A DNA stretch of 64,000 nucleotides from an uncultured bacterium (GCA_963840885.1 CAWJAN010000001.1:115051-179050); one strand, 5' to 3'. Positions 40,101-48,205 are shown, counted from the first letter of the stretch. Translations and numbers: made by a program. Notes: generated by a model not told the origin, from the sequence alone.

Positions 40101-40231
40101 AGCCTGCCTTGATAAGAAAGGATGGTAGGAACTCCATTTTGTGCAAAAACAAAATTTTCGCTTAATAACGGAGAAAAAGCGAAACAGAGGACAAACAATA
40201 AAATTAGTGATTTTTTATAGGTTTTTACCAT
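31118..40231 (-). CDS. giant repeat-rich secreted protein (about 3038 aa from the signal-peptide ATG) with fiber-like Tyr/Ser/Thr repeats and a C-terminal Ig-like (DUF5011-type) domain
   Basis: One uninterrupted 9.1-kb ORF. The signal peptide MVKTYKKSLILLFVLCFAFSPLLS starts at the ATG at 40229-40231. The central region of about 4.8 kb consists of near-identical tandem repeats with unit LSTTSAA(S/A)TYLTIANATATYPTFTY(G/A)SSTYLSQLQAAIDYVSTGTLATTLGGY. The C-terminus has a TSTSTDTT S/T linker. It ends in a segment PVITLNGSNPVNLTVGDTYADAGATATDDVDGNVSV...GTYAITYSATDAAGN, typical of bacterial Ig-like surface domains. Confidence 0.75.
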   Translation of the reverse strand: MVKTYKKSLILLFVLCFAFSPLLSENFVFAQNGVPTILSYQGRLADSSGNLLGGTGTNYYFKFSIWDNSTVGSGTKLWPASAPTSFSSQVRQGVFNVNIGDTVAGYPDILDYNFNTNNSIYLQIEVSSDNVTFQTLSPRQKITSAAFSQVAGAVSGAGQSSFGTTTPIDNSVVSILSTSTDSTALTVRAFLGQVANIFQIQDSTGTNIFSIDSNGLLSAADANFSGNISASNFTGTSTGINTGDESSSSIRTKLGIASSTNDGYLSSSDWTNFNNKISGSGVAGQLSYWTATGTLSSIGTSTDGMFLRASSTSPTGYDWVLASSSGGNGVWGAITGTLSNQTDLQAALDAKLSTTSAASTYLTIANATATYPTFTYGSSTYLSQLQAAIDYVSTGTLATTLGGYLSTTSAAATYLTIANATATYPTFTYGSSTYLSQLQAAIDYVSTGTLATTLGGYLSTTSAAATYLPLSASTSLPYIPSASSSDFYLASNPSGYISNISGQDLSTADNSTSGFITASALAPYLSTTSAASTYLTIANATATYPTFTYASTTFATISSLGGYLSTTSAASTYLTIANATATYPTFTYGSSTYLSQLQAAIDYVSTGTLATTLGGYLSTTSAAATYLPLSASTSLPYIPSASSSDFYLASNPSGYIDSSALAPYLTSATAASTYVPYTYASSTFVTYDYGSSTYQTTLTNPITGTGTAGQIAIFNSSSGLTSIATGTAGQFLQASSTAPNGYAWAFASSGSATVAWGAITGLLSDQTDLQAALDAKLSTTSAASTYLTIANATATYPTFTYASTTFATISSLGGYLSTTSAAATYLTIANATATYPTFTYGSSTYLSQLQAAIDYVSTGTLATTLGGYLSTTSAAATYLPLSASTSLPYIPSASSSDFYLASNPSGYISNISGQDLSTADNSTSGFITASALAPYLSTTSAASTYLTIANATATYPTFTYASTTFATISSLGGYLSTTSAASTYLTIANATATYPTFTYGSSTYLSQLQAAIDYVSTGTLATTLGGYLSTTSAAATYLPLSASTSLPYIPSASSSDFYLASNPSGYISNISGQDLSTADNSTSGFITASALAPYLSTTSAASTYLTIANATATYPTFTYASTTFATISSLGGYLSTTSAAATYLPLSASTSLPYIPSASSSDFYLASNPSGYIDSSALAPYLTSATAASTYVPYTYASSTFVTYDYGSSTYQTTLTNPITGTGTAGQIAIFNSSSGLTSIATGTAGQFLQASSTAPNGYAWAFASSGSATVAWGAITGLLSDQTDLQAALDAKLSTTSAASTYLTIANATATYPTFTYASTTFATISSLGGYLSTTSAASTYLTIANATATYPTFTYASTTFATISSLGGYLSTTSAAATYLTIANATATYPTFTYGSSTYLSQLQAAINYVSTGTLATTLGGYLSTTSAAATYLPLSASTSLPYIPSASSSDFYLASNPSGYISNISGQDLSTADNSTSGFITASALAPYLSTTSAASTYLTIANATATYPTFTYGSSTYLSQLQAAIDYVSTGTLATTLGGYLSTTSAAATYLPLSASTSLPYIPSASSSDFYLASNPSGYISNISGQDLSTADNSTSGFITASALAPYLSTTSAASTYLTIANATATYPTFTYGSSTYLSQLQAAIDYVSTGTLATTLGGYLSTTSAAATYLPLSASTSLPYIPSASSSDFYLASNPSGYISNISGQDLSTADNSTSGFITASALAPYLSTTSAASTYLTIANATATYPTFTYGSSTYLSQLQAAIDYVSTGTLATTLGGYLSTTSAAATYLPLSASTSLPYIPSASSSDFYLASNPSGYISNISGQDLSTADNSTSGFITASALAPYLSTTSAASTYLTIANATATYPTFTYGSSTYLSQLQAAINYVSTGTLATTLGGYLSTTSAASTYLTIANATATYPTFTYASSTFVTYAYGSSTYATSAALANYVPYTGASSNVNLGSNQLTVSGTSTFSTTTISGSANLSSILSVLGSSNLATTSISQLSLGNGIASTLLAADSLGNVIATSTANLLSGYVTNTYASSTFPSFTYASSTFVTYAYGTSTYALLANTPTYTYASSTFPSFGYASSTYYFASNPSGYITNTVSTLTNYPTYTYASSTFSTYAYGTSTYATIANYPTYTYASSTFAALTGATFTGSVTINGTTTLATTTISNLKLGNGLVGSFLAVDGSGNVISTTSPILSGGTNGKVARWTSTSTLSSGVLFDNGTVAGVNATTSTSSFLVQGASGINPFAVSSSTGANLFTISQSGQAMIGTTTSFSLAKLLIDGSVSADGATNAIAGINGNYNVNPTAGGVQVGNRFVVNVQPTTNANTVVGEIMRMVDNTTLANTTRGMEIVSNAGSNTSGVNTGIRTTGATFGLQAITAGNAGGVLLPAALYAENDGTTQGDVLRLYTNTMTTATSVASFYQETSAFSGEGLTMNFGKGGGSFTGNFIDLKKNDTSLFTVNSNGIVSIGLATTTVSTAVCSTLATGTSPSAGSIYTLGDCSSAPSADYAENYPVATGTEYGDIVVTGSQLVNTYGTATDTSVDYNNVLGQITELVKSNSPYQKNTVGIVSDNHGNFTSAGYNIKKEDNPMPIALNGRVPVKISSSSEEINPGDYLTTSNDPGKAMKATGAGFVIGKALGSWSPSSTSTTVMVYVEQGYYNGQSISEFAGINIDNGIYPDDFAKQVLDKLLNGTSTAENSSELFTGRLAAGVEIITPQITANGLTIDHVNSLSDAISFNSDTIFFGTPYFNSDTAGFATIYKGATSVDVTFDKPYLVDPVVNATISLDSSVDAAAVSVAIFNNEIKYLVADKSTNGFTIMINNPAPEDIEFSWTAFAVKGAKDFMSIIPSSPSPAMGQGSDQSSDTSETSSSTTSTSTDTTSTSTDTTSTSTDTTSADDTASTTDTTSTTTDTEATTTPPAPADTTAPVITLNGSNPVNLTVGDTYADAGATATDDVDGNVSVTTSGTVDTSTAGTYAITYSATDAAGNNAKATREVDVTEPVQTEQATTTGTTDSTSTEATSSSQ
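34400..39250. repeat. nested near-perfect tandem repeat array inside the giant gene (117-nt subunit, 360-nt unit, about 1.5-kb higher-order unit)
   Basis: Antisense ORFs at 34608, 34968, 35328 and 35688 are exactly 360 nt apart, and their translated proteins are identical. The 360-nt unit recurs at 34561, 34921, 35281, 35641 and 36001. A 117-nt subunit dominates 36060-36360. Blocks starting at about 36351 and 37902 are identical over several hundred bp (offset 1551 nt). A third divergent copy starts near 39177. Confidence 0.9.
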
Positions 40232-40363
40232 ACAAATAATGCCTGTACACTCAAATAAATGCCTTATTTGATCAACTGGCATTATTATAACACTGTATGC
40301 ATAGAATATACAAATATATGTTGATAAAAATACGTTTAAAAATATGGATATTTTATTCCATTG

Positions 40364-40410
40364 ACAAAAAAACCGGTTCTTAGCTTAAGAAATCCGGTTT
40401 TTTATTTTTT
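40364..40410 (-). terminator. intrinsic terminator downstream of gyrA
   Basis: Hairpin aaaaaaccgg-ttcttagcttaagaaat-ccggtttttt. Confidence 0.7.
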
Positions 40411-40428
40411 ATGGCTTAAAATAAAGAC

Positions 40429-42906
40429 TTATATGCAGGTCACTGAAGCGATTGAATCACCCTCATAAAGCTTCATTATTCTTACCCCCTGAGTCTGTCT
40501 TCCGAGCGAAGGAATCTCTTTCGCATTGATTCTTATGACTTGGCTTTTCTTGGAAATAGTCGCTACTTCTTCGACATCGTCGGTCAAAACTCTTGATGCG
40601 ATTATTTCTCCGGTCTTCGGCGTAACTTTCATCGTCTTTATTCCTGATCCTCCTCTGCCTTGGACTTTGTATTCCTTGATAGCCGTTTTTTTCCCATAAC
40701 CATTTTTACTGACTACGAAAAATTCAGGATTTTTCATTTCTTTATTTATGACATCGGCTCCGACAATATAATCGCCTTTACTAAGTTTCATTCCGCGGAC
40801 TCCGGCGGCGCCTCTTCCCATAACCCTTATGTCTTTTCCTTTGAATCTTATGGACTGGCCTTTCGCTGAAGCAAGAATTACCTCATCTGTATCTGTCATG
40901 AAAAGCGCAGAGGAAAGTTCATCTCCGGTATCAAGTGATATAGCGATGAGTCCGCTTCTTCGTACATCCTTGAAACTGTCTGCATCGACTCTTTTCGTCG
41001 TTCCATTTTTTGTAATCAGGATGAGCGAGAGTTTTAAATTTTTCAAAGTTTTCGGCATCGCAAGAACAGAAGTTATTTTTTCATCGGCGGAAACTGCAAG
41101 ATAATTTACGATGGCTTTTCCTTTCGTCGCCCGCTTGCCTTCCGGAAGTTCATACATCTTAAGCTGATATGCTTTTCCTTTGTTCGTAAAAAACAAAATA
41201 TCATTGTGGGTTGTCGCAGTCAGGAAATGAGTTATGAAATCCTCCTCTTTGGTATCAAGATCGACAACGCCGACTCCTCCTCTTTTCTGTTTTTTGTATT
41301 CGTCGGGATTTGTCCTCTTTACGTATCCTCCGGCAGTAAGCACGAGCATCGAAGGTTCGTCTGCTATCAGATCTTCCTGAGAAAAAATCTTTGCTCCGCC
41401 TTTTACGACCTTGGTCAGCCTTTCATCGCCGTATTTTTCTTTTATTTCCTTAAGCTCGTCTTTTATGATCTGCAGAATCCTTTTCGGCTTTGACAAAATG
41501 TCTTTTAGATCTTTTATGAGGTTCTGCACTTCGAGAAGCTCGTCCTCCACTTTCTTCCTTTCAAGACCGGCAAGCTTCTGCAACCGCATTTCCAAAATGG
41601 CATTGGCCTGGATTTCCGAAAACTTGAAAGTTTTCATGAGGCTTGATCTCGCATCATCAACATCTTTTGATTTTTTTATGAGTTTTATTATTTCATCTAT
41701 ATGATCGAGGGCTTTCTTGAGTCCTAGAAGTATATGTTCCCTTGCTTCGGCTTTCCTCAAATCGTATTCTGTCCTTCTCTTTACAACGATTTTCCTGTGC
41801 ACGATAAATTCGTCCAGGAATGTCTTGAGCGACAATGTCTTCGGGACTCCTCCGACAAGAGCTACCAGGTTGAAATGGAAAGCTTCCTCAAGCTGCGTAT
41901 GCTTATACAAATAATTCAAAACTGAGTTCGGCTCGGCATTATTCTTGAGTTCAATGACAATTCTTATATCTTTTGCCGATTCGTCGCGAAGGCCCTTTAT
42001 TCCCTCGACTTTCTTGTCGCGCACAAGATTTGCAATAGCTATGATGAGCTCGGCTTTATTAACCCTGTAAGGAATCGAGGATATTATTATCTGCATCTCC
42101 CCGCCTTTTTTTCCTTCCACTATTTCTGCATTTCCTCTTGTAACGACTCCTCCGCGGCCAGTAGCATAGGCATGATTTATATCTGTCTGATTGAAAATAG
42201 TTCCGCCAGTGGGAAAATCCGGGCCTTTTATGAATTCAAGAAGGTCTTCCGTGGTAGCCTCAGGATTATCTGCCAAATGGAGCGTTGCATCAACGACTTC
42301 ATTTAGATTATGAGGAGGAATATTCGTAGCCATGCCTACGGCAATACCCAGAGTTCCATTCAGAAGAAGATTCGGCACTGCAGCAGGAAGAACATCCGGC
42401 TCTTTTTTCGTATTGTCATAGTTTGGCCTCCAGTCAACAGTATCTTTTTCAAGATCTTTAAGCATCTCTCCGGAAATCTTGGACATTTTTGCTTCTGTAT
42501 ACCTCATAGCGGCCGCTCCGTCTCCATCTATATTCCCAAAGTTTCCTTGTCCTATTATGAGAGGGTATCTGAAAGAAAAATCTTGGGCCATCTTTACCAT
42601 GGATTCATAAATGGCGACGTCGCCATGAGGGTGGTAATTTCCCATGACTTCTCCTACTACAGTAGCGGATTTCCTTGTTTTTCCTCCAGATGTAATACCC
42701 ATCTGACCCATCGCATACAAAATCCTCCTGTGAATCGGCTTTAGCCCGTCTCGTATATCCGGCAGCGCTCTCTGTGTAATGACTGACATGGCATAGTCCA
42801 AATACGACTCCTTCATTTCAGTCGTAATGCTCCTCGGAGAAATAGCTTTAGCTTCTATTTTTTTCTCTTCGTGTGAATCTTCCTTTTTCGTATTCGTCTT
42901 TGCCAT
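40429..42906 (-). CDS. gyrA: DNA gyrase subunit A
   Basis: The GyrA N-terminal catalytic region reads [32 protein letters not shown], with AAMRYTE around the active-site Tyr. C-terminal beta-pinwheel repeats are present. Confidence 0.95.
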   Translation of the reverse strand: MAKTNTKKEDSHEEKKIEAKAISPRSITTEMKESYLDYAMSVITQRALPDIRDGLKPIHRRILYAMGQMGITSGGKTRKSATVVGEVMGNYHPHGDVAIYESMVKMAQDFSFRYPLIIGQGNFGNIDGDGAAAMRYTEAKMSKISGEMLKDLEKDTVDWRPNYDNTKKEPDVLPAAVPNLLLNGTLGIAVGMATNIPPHNLNEVVDATLHLADNPEATTEDLLEFIKGPDFPTGGTIFNQTDINHAYATGRGGVVTRGNAEIVEGKKGGEMQIIISSIPYRVNKAELIIAIANLVRDKKVEGIKGLRDESAKDIRIVIELKNNAEPNSVLNYLYKHTQLEEAFHFNLVALVGGVPKTLSLKTFLDEFIVHRKIVVKRRTEYDLRKAEAREHILLGLKKALDHIDEIIKLIKKSKDVDDARSSLMKTFKFSEIQANAILEMRLQKLAGLERKKVEDELLEVQNLIKDLKDILSKPKRILQIIKDELKEIKEKYGDERLTKVVKGGAKIFSQEDLIADEPSMLVLTAGGYVKRTNPDEYKKQKRGGVGVVDLDTKEEDFITHFLTATTHNDILFFTNKGKAYQLKMYELPEGKRATKGKAIVNYLAVSADEKITSVLAMPKTLKNLKLSLILITKNGTTKRVDADSFKDVRRSGLIAISLDTGDELSSALFMTDTDEVILASAKGQSIRFKGKDIRVMGRGAAGVRGMKLSKGDYIVGADVINKEMKNPEFFVVSKNGYGKKTAIKEYKVQGRGGSGIKTMKVTPKTGEIIASRVLTDDVEEVATISKKSQVIRINAKEIPSLGRQTQGVRIMKLYEGDSIASVTCI

Positions 42907-42931
42907 TTTTTTATAATCTTATGATTTTTAA

Positions 42932-43231
42932 TTATTTTGTGCTTGTTGCCGATGTGGCCGTATCCGTTGATTCCATTAAATCAGTACTGCTTGCCGTGCT
43001 CGTCCCAAAAAACTCATCCTTGGATTCATTCAATTTTTCAGAGAAATCCGATATGGACTGCTTGATATTTTCTAACCCTCTGTTGTCTGCCGGACTGCTT
43101 TCGTTGAAATAGCTTATCTGCGATTTCACGAAAAACCACCCTGCGGCAATGGCAATCGTAATCACGATTGCCGCCATTACGGAAAAATTTTTCTTTTTGC
43201 CGTCCGGCCAATTTTTCATGTCTTTGAACAT
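42932..43231 (-). CDS. small membrane-anchored protein, unknown
   Basis: 99 aa with a single TM (VMAAIVITIAIAAGWFFV) and an S/T-rich tail. Confidence 0.4.
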   Translation of the reverse strand: MFKDMKNWPDGKKKNFSVMAAIVITIAIAAGWFFVKSQISYFNESSPADNRGLENIKQSISDFSEKLNESKDEFFGTSTASSTDLMESTDTATSATSTK

Positions 43232-43244
43232 CGGATTTCAATTA

Positions 43245-43910
43245 TTACTGAACTGAAAGAACAACCACATCTCCTTCCCTTCCTTCCAAATCTTTTCTTT
43301 TTATCGTCAGCTTGTCCGTAGGCTTTACGCTCTCTTCTCCGGCTTCTTTCAAATATTTCTTGAGTGCGTCTTTGGCTCCGACTTCTCCCTGGCCGGACAG
43401 GCCGTAATGCATAGGTATGATTATTTTAGGCTCTATTTCCACCGAAAGCTTTTCAGCTTGCGCCGAATCTATTACCCCTTCTCCTCCGATAGGAAGAAAC
43501 AATATATCCACATCACCCAATGATTCTTTTACATCACTTGAAAGATTTATATCGCTAAGCGCTCCAAGAAAACATATATTTATATTTTCAAGAGTAACGG
43601 AATAAATTGTATTTATCTTATCTTTGCCACCCTGGCCGGTCAGGCCATAATTTGATTTTGAAGCGAATCCCTTTATGAAAACATTTTTTGCTTCATATTC
43701 TCCTGGACCTGAAATGACTATTGGCTCTTTCCCATTATAGGATAAGTTTTCCGCGCCGTTCATATCTTTGTTATTCAGGCTTACAAGGGCGATATCGGCA
43801 AAAAACCTTGTAGTCTTGAATTTTGATTCTTTGGAAATAGGGTTAAAAGCGAGGGTAATATCGCCAAATTGGACTTTAAAAAACTCCACCCCTTGGTAAG
43901 TTATTATCAT
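43245..43910 (-). CDS. MBL-fold metallo-hydrolase (UPF0173-like)
   Basis: The beta-lactamase-fold pattern is present, with DILFLPIGG and a C-terminal PKIIIPMHY metal-binding segment. Confidence 0.65.
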   Translation of the reverse strand: MIITYQGVEFFKVQFGDITLAFNPISKESKFKTTRFFADIALVSLNNKDMNGAENLSYNGKEPIVISGPGEYEAKNVFIKGFASKSNYGLTGQGGKDKINTIYSVTLENINICFLGALSDINLSSDVKESLGDVDILFLPIGGEGVIDSAQAEKLSVEIEPKIIIPMHYGLSGQGEVGAKDALKKYLKEAGEESVKPTDKLTIKRKDLEGREGDVVVLSVQ

Positions 43911-44105
43911 GCTGTAATTATAGCAAATATTGCGGCAGATTAAAAGGGAAAAATACTATTTTAAGTCTTTACAGCGGCTATTAATTCTGATAGCATGAGC
44001 CCATTATCAGGTTGCGCAAAAAGCTGACCTCATCAGGCCCGAGAGCGGATGAAACTTTTTGGCAAAGTTTGCGCGCCTTAACAGGCGCATTTTTTTATCA
44101 AATAT

Positions 44106-45266
44106 ATGGGTTTATTTTCAAAAAAAACAAAAGAAGAAAAAGAGGAAGTTAAAGAAACAAAGACAGCAAAGGTTTCTAAGACCGATACTGTAGTTTCCGA
44201 AAAAGCAATGAAGGATAGCGTGATGTCCAAATATTTCGCCGAAACGAAAAATCTTCCTATGCCGGGAGAAGTCGTTGAAGGAAAAGTTTCAGGAATAGAA
44301 AAAGCCAGGGTTTACGTCGATCTTACTCCTTACGGAACAGGCCTCATTTACGGAAAAGAATTCATAACGGCAAGAGACGTCATAAAAAAAATCGGCGTCG
44401 GAGATACCGTTTCCGCAAAAGTAGTTGATTACGCAAATAAAGAAGGATACATAGAGCTTTCGCTCAAAGAAGCCAGACAAGCGCAGATATGGGGAGAGGC
44501 GGAAAAAGGCATAAGAGAAAAAACTGTTTTCGAACTTCCTGTTGAGGAAGCTAACAAGGGTGGACTTATAGTTTCGTGGCAAGGAATAAAAGGATTTTTG
44601 CCTGCTTCACAGCTGAAAGCCGAACATTATCCGAAAGTAGAAGAAGGCGACAAGGATAAGATTCTTGATGAGCTAAAAAAGCTTGTCGGGCAGAAAATCG
44701 CCGTCAGCATCATTACTGCTGATCCTAAAGAAGGAAAGCTCATTTTTTCTGAAAAGAATCTCGAGAAGAAAGAGAAGCTTAAAATGGCTGACAAATATAA
44801 AGTCGGCGATGTTCTGGACGGCGTTGTAACTGGTGCCGTAGATTTCGGAGTATTCGTAAAGCTTGAAGACGGCCTTGAAGGACTTGTTCATATTTCTGAA
44901 ATAGACTGGGGACTTGTTGAAGATCCTAAAATAATGTTCAAAGTCGGAGACAAGGTTAAAGTCAAAGTCATAGACGTCAAAGACGGAAAAGTTTCGCTTT
45001 CCATAAAAGCCCTTAAAACCAATCCTTGGGTTGAGGCCGAGAAAAAATACAAGAAAGGAGACGAAGTTGAAGGCGTCATAATAAAATTCAACAAATACGG
45101 AGCCCTTGCTTCAATTGAGGAAGGAGTTTCCGGGCTTGTCCATGTTTCCGATTTCGGTTCGGAAACGAAGATGAAAGAAGCCATCAGCCTTGGAAAAAGC
45201 TATAAATTCAAAATAAATCTTTTTGAGCCTAAAAATCAGAAGATGGGATTGAGTTTTGCAAAGTAA
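44106..45266 (+). CDS. rpsA: 30S ribosomal protein S1-like, with about four S1 domains
   Basis: Repeated S1 OB-fold segments are present (GEVVEGKVSGIEKARVYVDL, VGDVLDGVVTGAVDFGVFVKL, KGDEVEGVIIKFNKYGALASI). Confidence 0.8.
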   Translation: MGLFSKKTKEEKEEVKETKTAKVSKTDTVVSEKAMKDSVMSKYFAETKNLPMPGEVVEGKVSGIEKARVYVDLTPYGTGLIYGKEFITARDVIKKIGVGDTVSAKVVDYANKEGYIELSLKEARQAQIWGEAEKGIREKTVFELPVEEANKGGLIVSWQGIKGFLPASQLKAEHYPKVEEGDKDKILDELKKLVGQKIAVSIITADPKEGKLIFSEKNLEKKEKLKMADKYKVGDVLDGVVTGAVDFGVFVKLEDGLEGLVHISEIDWGLVEDPKIMFKVGDKVKVKVIDVKDGKVSLSIKALKTNPWVEAEKKYKKGDEVEGVIIKFNKYGALASIEEGVSGLVHVSDFGSETKMKEAISLGKSYKFKINLFEPKNQKMGLSFAK

Positions 45267-45275
45267 CTGTAAAAA

Positions 45276-45312
45276 TAAAAAGCGGCGCCTTACGGCGTCG
45301 CTTTTTATTTTT
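45276..45312. terminator. bidirectional intrinsic terminator between rpsA (+) and pth (-)
   Basis: Hairpin aaagcggcgcc-ttac-ggcgtcgcttt is followed by a T-run. Confidence 0.75.
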
Positions 45313-45317
45313 TATTA

Positions 45318-45917
45318 TTAGTTTCCAGAATTGACCTGTGCAGTTGCAATATCTCTTCCTTCTTTCAAAAGAGTTTCGAGCCCCTCCGCCGCTCTTTTCA
45401 TTATTTTTTTCAGCTCATCCTGCTCGCTTGGCTTGAATTTTCCTAGAATAAAATCTCCCACTGCTTTTTCTCCCTGAGGTTTTTTTACCATACCTTTTGC
45501 ATTAGCCGGAGAAATTCCTATTCTCATTCTTATGAATCCTTCCGTTTTAACTGCTTTGATTATGGATTCCACTCCTCTGTGCCCGCCGGAGCTTTTGTTG
45601 TATGAAAGTTTTATTTTTCCGAAAGGAATATCCATGTCGTCGTGAATGACTACCAGAGTTTCAGCCGCTTTCTTGCTTTTTATGAGCGATCTGACGGCAT
45701 CGCCTGATTTGTTCATGAAAGTATTTGGCTTTATCAATGTCACAGTATTTTTCCCGACTTTCGTTTTTGCGATTTCTGATTTTATTTTCTTGTCTTCCTT
45801 CCACTCATATACGCCTTCTTTTTTCGCAAAAGCATCCATTGCGATTCTTCCTGTATTGTGGCGCGTGCCTTCATATTCAGCGCCTGGATTTCCTAAACCA
45901 ACTATTATGTAATTCAT
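45318..45917 (-). CDS. pth: peptidyl-tRNA hydrolase
   Basis: The N-terminus MNYIIVGLGNPGAEYEGTRHNTG and the conserved Pth core are present. Confidence 0.9.
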   Translation of the reverse strand: MNYIIVGLGNPGAEYEGTRHNTGRIAMDAFAKKEGVYEWKEDKKIKSEIAKTKVGKNTVTLIKPNTFMNKSGDAVRSLIKSKKAAETLVVIHDDMDIPFGKIKLSYNKSSGGHRGVESIIKAVKTEGFIRMRIGISPANAKGMVKKPQGEKAVGDFILGKFKPSEQDELKKIMKRAAEGLETLLKEGRDIATAQVNSGN

Positions 45918-46037
45918 AGTTCATAATTTTAAGGCAAACAAAAAAGATGTAAAGGGTGTTTTTTCTTTAAAATTTTGCAAAATGGCATTTTTATGGTAAA
46001 ATCTTCCTTTAACCTTAATTAAAGCCGCAAAAACAGG

Positions 46038-46670
46038 ATGCAGAACGCAAAAAATTTTATAAAGGAAGTTGTTGGCATAGCTATTTTATCTTTCATAATA
46101 GTTCTTCCCATAAGAGTATTTATCGCTCAGCCATTTGTCGTATCCGGAGAATCGATGAGCCAGACTTTCCAAGACGGCAATTATCTTATAGTAAATGAGT
46201 TAGGCTATGATTTCCATAAGCCTGCCCGCGGAGACGTAATAGTGTTCAAAGTTCCTCCTGCCGGCCTTGCGCTTCAGAATGTCGATATAACAAAAACCGT
46301 TTACTATATAAAAAGAGTTATAGGTCTTCCTGGAGAAACCGTTGAAATAGACGGTGATGAAGTAAAGATTTACAATTCTGCAAATCCTGGCGGATTTGTG
46401 CTGGACGAACCTTACATATATATAGACAAAAGCGTAACATCCGCATTCTCGCAAATACATGAAAAGACTACTCTCGGACCGAACGAATATTTCGTCATGG
46501 GCGACAACAGGCATAACAGCTCTGATTCCAGATTATGGGGAATATTGCCTGGAGATAACATAAAAGGACAGGTTTTAGCCCGTCTATTCCCATTGAATGA
46601 AATTTCTATCTCGCCTGGAGAATTCAGCTTCGGTTCATCAACGCCGATTTCAACTTCAACATCAAAATAA
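46038..46670 (+). CDS. lepB: signal peptidase I
   Basis: N-terminal TM; catalytic Ser box GESMSQTF; and YIKRVIGLPGE...GDNRHNSSDSRLWG boxes. Confidence 0.9.
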   Translation: MQNAKNFIKEVVGIAILSFIIVLPIRVFIAQPFVVSGESMSQTFQDGNYLIVNELGYDFHKPARGDVIVFKVPPAGLALQNVDITKTVYYIKRVIGLPGETVEIDGDEVKIYNSANPGGFVLDEPYIYIDKSVTSAFSQIHEKTTLGPNEYFVMGDNRHNSSDSRLWGILPGDNIKGQVLARLFPLNEISISPGEFSFGSSTPISTSTSK

Positions 46671-46672
46671 AT

Positions 46673-47896
46673 ATGGCAAAAAAGAACAATAAACAAAAAA
46701 TGAAAAAATCTTCTCCTAAAAAAGAATTCGTAAGCTTTTTGCCTGTAAATAAATCGGCCGAGGCGGCCCTATATTTTGGATTTACTCCGATAAAAACTCT
46801 CCGCATAGCAAAAGACGATATCAGCAAAGCATCGGCGCTTAAAGAAAGCTGGGCAAAAAACTGCGCCGGAATGCCCTGGCTTTTTTCTCAGCCTTTCGTG
46901 GAAGAAAGGATAGCCATGCTCCGCGAATATACCGACCAAAAAATGATTTCCCAGCCGCAGCCGGTAATGTTTATACATGAAACGGAAATAATAAAAGAAA
47001 GGGCAAAATCCACCATTAATCTTGAAGTCGTCGGAACGGAAAAAGCTATAGCCGAAGCTCTTCTCATAAAAACTACGGTTTCAATACTTAAAGACAGCGG
47101 CTATAAGAATATTTCCATAGAAATAAATTCCGTCGGGGACAAAGAATCGATAAGCAAGTTTTCAAGAGATCTTACGAATTATTACAAGAAAAATCTCAAT
47201 CAGCTTGGAAGCCACTGCAGGCAGAACTTCAAGAAAGATTCATTTTATGTGCTTCCATGCTGCGAATGCGATCCCGCAGGAAAAATAAAAGAAGTCGCTC
47301 CAACGTCCATTGCTTCCCTTTCAGACATAAGCCGCCTGCAGTTCAAAGAAGTGCTCGAGTACATAGAGACTATGGAAATTCCGTACAAAATAAACAATTG
47401 CCTGGTGCCGGACAGGAAATACGGTTCAGGAACAGTCTTCGAAATAAGGGAGGTGTTGTCAGACGGCAAAGAAGGAGAAGTCATCGCTGTCGGCTTCAGA
47501 TACGACGGCCTAGCGCAAAAGATAGGATATAAAAGGGATATTCCGGGAGCAGGCGTAAAGATATTCCTCAAGAAAAAAGCTTCCGTTAAAAAAATATCTA
47601 AGCTTCCTAAGCCAAATGCATTTTATATACAGCTAGGCGATGAAGCTAAGCACAAGAGCCTGCAAGTCATAGAAAGGCTCAGGAACGACGGCATTTTCAT
47701 ATACCATATGCTCGGACGAGATAAGTTCGGAAGCCAGTTCTCTCTTGTGGAAAAATCCAAAGTTCCATACGTCATAATCATGGGCAAAAAGGAATTTTTG
47801 GAAAACGCCGTTATGGTGCGCGACAATACCACGAGAATACAGGAAACCGTTCCCATAGAAAATCTATCGGAATACCTCAATAAGCTCAAGAAATAG
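46673..47896 (+). CDS. histidyl-tRNA synthetase-like protein (HisRS/HisZ family) with degenerate catalytic motifs
   Basis: The HisRS-type block LNLEVVG..ISIEINSVGD is present, as is the histidine-A-like motif VGFRYDGL. A clear class II anticodon-binding domain follows (VKIFLKK..VPYVIIMGKKEF..VMVRD). The N-terminal third lacks a recognisable motif 1 and motif 2. Confidence 0.5.
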   Translation: MAKKNNKQKMKKSSPKKEFVSFLPVNKSAEAALYFGFTPIKTLRIAKDDISKASALKESWAKNCAGMPWLFSQPFVEERIAMLREYTDQKMISQPQPVMFIHETEIIKERAKSTINLEVVGTEKAIAEALLIKTTVSILKDSGYKNISIEINSVGDKESISKFSRDLTNYYKKNLNQLGSHCRQNFKKDSFYVLPCCECDPAGKIKEVAPTSIASLSDISRLQFKEVLEYIETMEIPYKINNCLVPDRKYGSGTVFEIREVLSDGKEGEVIAVGFRYDGLAQKIGYKRDIPGAGVKIFLKKKASVKKISKLPKPNAFYIQLGDEAKHKSLQVIERLRNDGIFIYHMLGRDKFGSQFSLVEKSKVPYVIIMGKKEFLENAVMVRDNTTRIQETVPIENLSEYLNKLKK

Positions 47897-47954
47897 GCTG
47901 TTGTTTTAAATCAACATTGCATTGATACTGAAAAAATGCTATTCTTTTTCGGCT

Positions 47955-48200
47955 ATGATAACGAATATAGAAATAGACAAAAAATCCAACGAGAGCAATG
48001 CAAGCATGCTCAGGCGCTTTACGAAAGCCGTGCAAGGCTCGGGAATCTTGCCAAGAGTAAGATCTATCAGATATTCAACTAGAAAACTCTCCCACTACAA
48101 ATTGAAGATGCAGAGGCTTTCCAAAATAGAGAAAAAAACAAAGATAGAAGAACTCATTAAGCTCGGCAAGATGGGCGAAAGGAATGAAAACCGCAGATAA
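47955..48200 (+). CDS. rpsU: 30S ribosomal protein S21
   Basis: IEIDKKSNESNASMLRRFTKAVQGSGILPRVRSIRYSTRKLSHYKLK matches the S21 pattern (LRRF.K....G.L...R....Y..P...R). The start is set at the internal ATG. The ORF extends to 47922. Confidence 0.7.
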   Translation: MITNIEIDKKSNESNASMLRRFTKAVQGSGILPRVRSIRYSTRKLSHYKLKMQRLSKIEKKTKIEELIKLGKMGERNENRR

Positions 48201-48205
48201 GTTCG

